From the sequence record DRR723986_4829: a DNA stretch of 46,310 nucleotides; one strand, given 5' to 3'. The notes beneath the pieces are model-generated. The model searched no databases and was not told the DNA's origin. It saw only the letters and a program-made list of their open reading frames with translations. A program made the translations under genes and the position numbers. Below, piece after piece: positions 46,159 through 46,310 of the stretch (within the stretch, counting starts at the first letter, position 1; the number at the start of each line of letters is the position of its first letter).

Positions 46159-46310
46159 TCAGGGCAGCAGGTGCTGTACCGCGTCCCGCTCTTCCGCCAG
46201 TTCCTGCTCGGTGGCAGTCATCTTGGCGCGGCTGAAATCACCGATAGCAACGTCCTGCACGATCTGCCAGTCGCCTCCGCTGCAGCGGCAGGGGAAGGAG
46301 TAGATCAGGC
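46159..46310 (-). CDS. mdh: 3' end of malate dehydrogenase (partial)
   Basis: Manual translation [49 protein letters not shown], matching the C-terminus of cytosolic-type MDH. Confidence 0.85.
   Translation of the reverse strand, partial: LIYSFPCRCSGGDWQIVQDVAIGDFSRAKMTATEQELAEERDAVQHLLP

Noticed and set aside
45528-46303. Plus-strand ORFs of 235 and 145 aa at the window end
   Set aside because: Antisense to the TetR gene and the mdh 3' end, which have clear family motifs

Overview
A gene-dense, GC-rich (roughly 60-65%) chromosomal segment of a gammaproteobacterium; gene content and style suggest a marine Halieaceae/OM60-type organism (inference). It carries about 44 CDS and no rRNA, tRNA, CRISPR array, integrase or transposase that I can see. 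Main blocks: (i) LonC-type protease plus a USP-like partner; (ii) membrane/ion genes (FetB-like, CorA, MscS, DAG-kinase-like, NfeD-slipin); (iii) a tightly coupled CapW/BrxR-type WYL regulator - YkvA - DUF429 RNase-H-fold protein - MenA-like operon; (iv) LEA-like lipoprotein, peroxiredoxin, hydrolase, MATE; (v) lipid/redox genes, including two acyltransferase+HAD phosphatase modules (one gene pair, one fusion), the fusion sitting behind a clean sigma54 promoter with tandem NtrC-type boxes; (vi) hrpB; (vii) rubrerythrin - Fe-S oxidoreductase - DUF3501 cassette divergent from oxyR; (viii) TonB-dependent receptor, ytfJ, ygiQ, Kv channel, PhzF, tesA-ybbAP, alkyl sulfatase, TetR and the 3' end of mdh. 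The best candidates for something new are the WYL-led operon with non-canonical cargo, a nitrogen-starvation (NtrC/sigma54) controlled storage-lipid module, and a small set of FNR/Anr-type class II promoters. All annotations come from motif recognition by eye; no searches were run.
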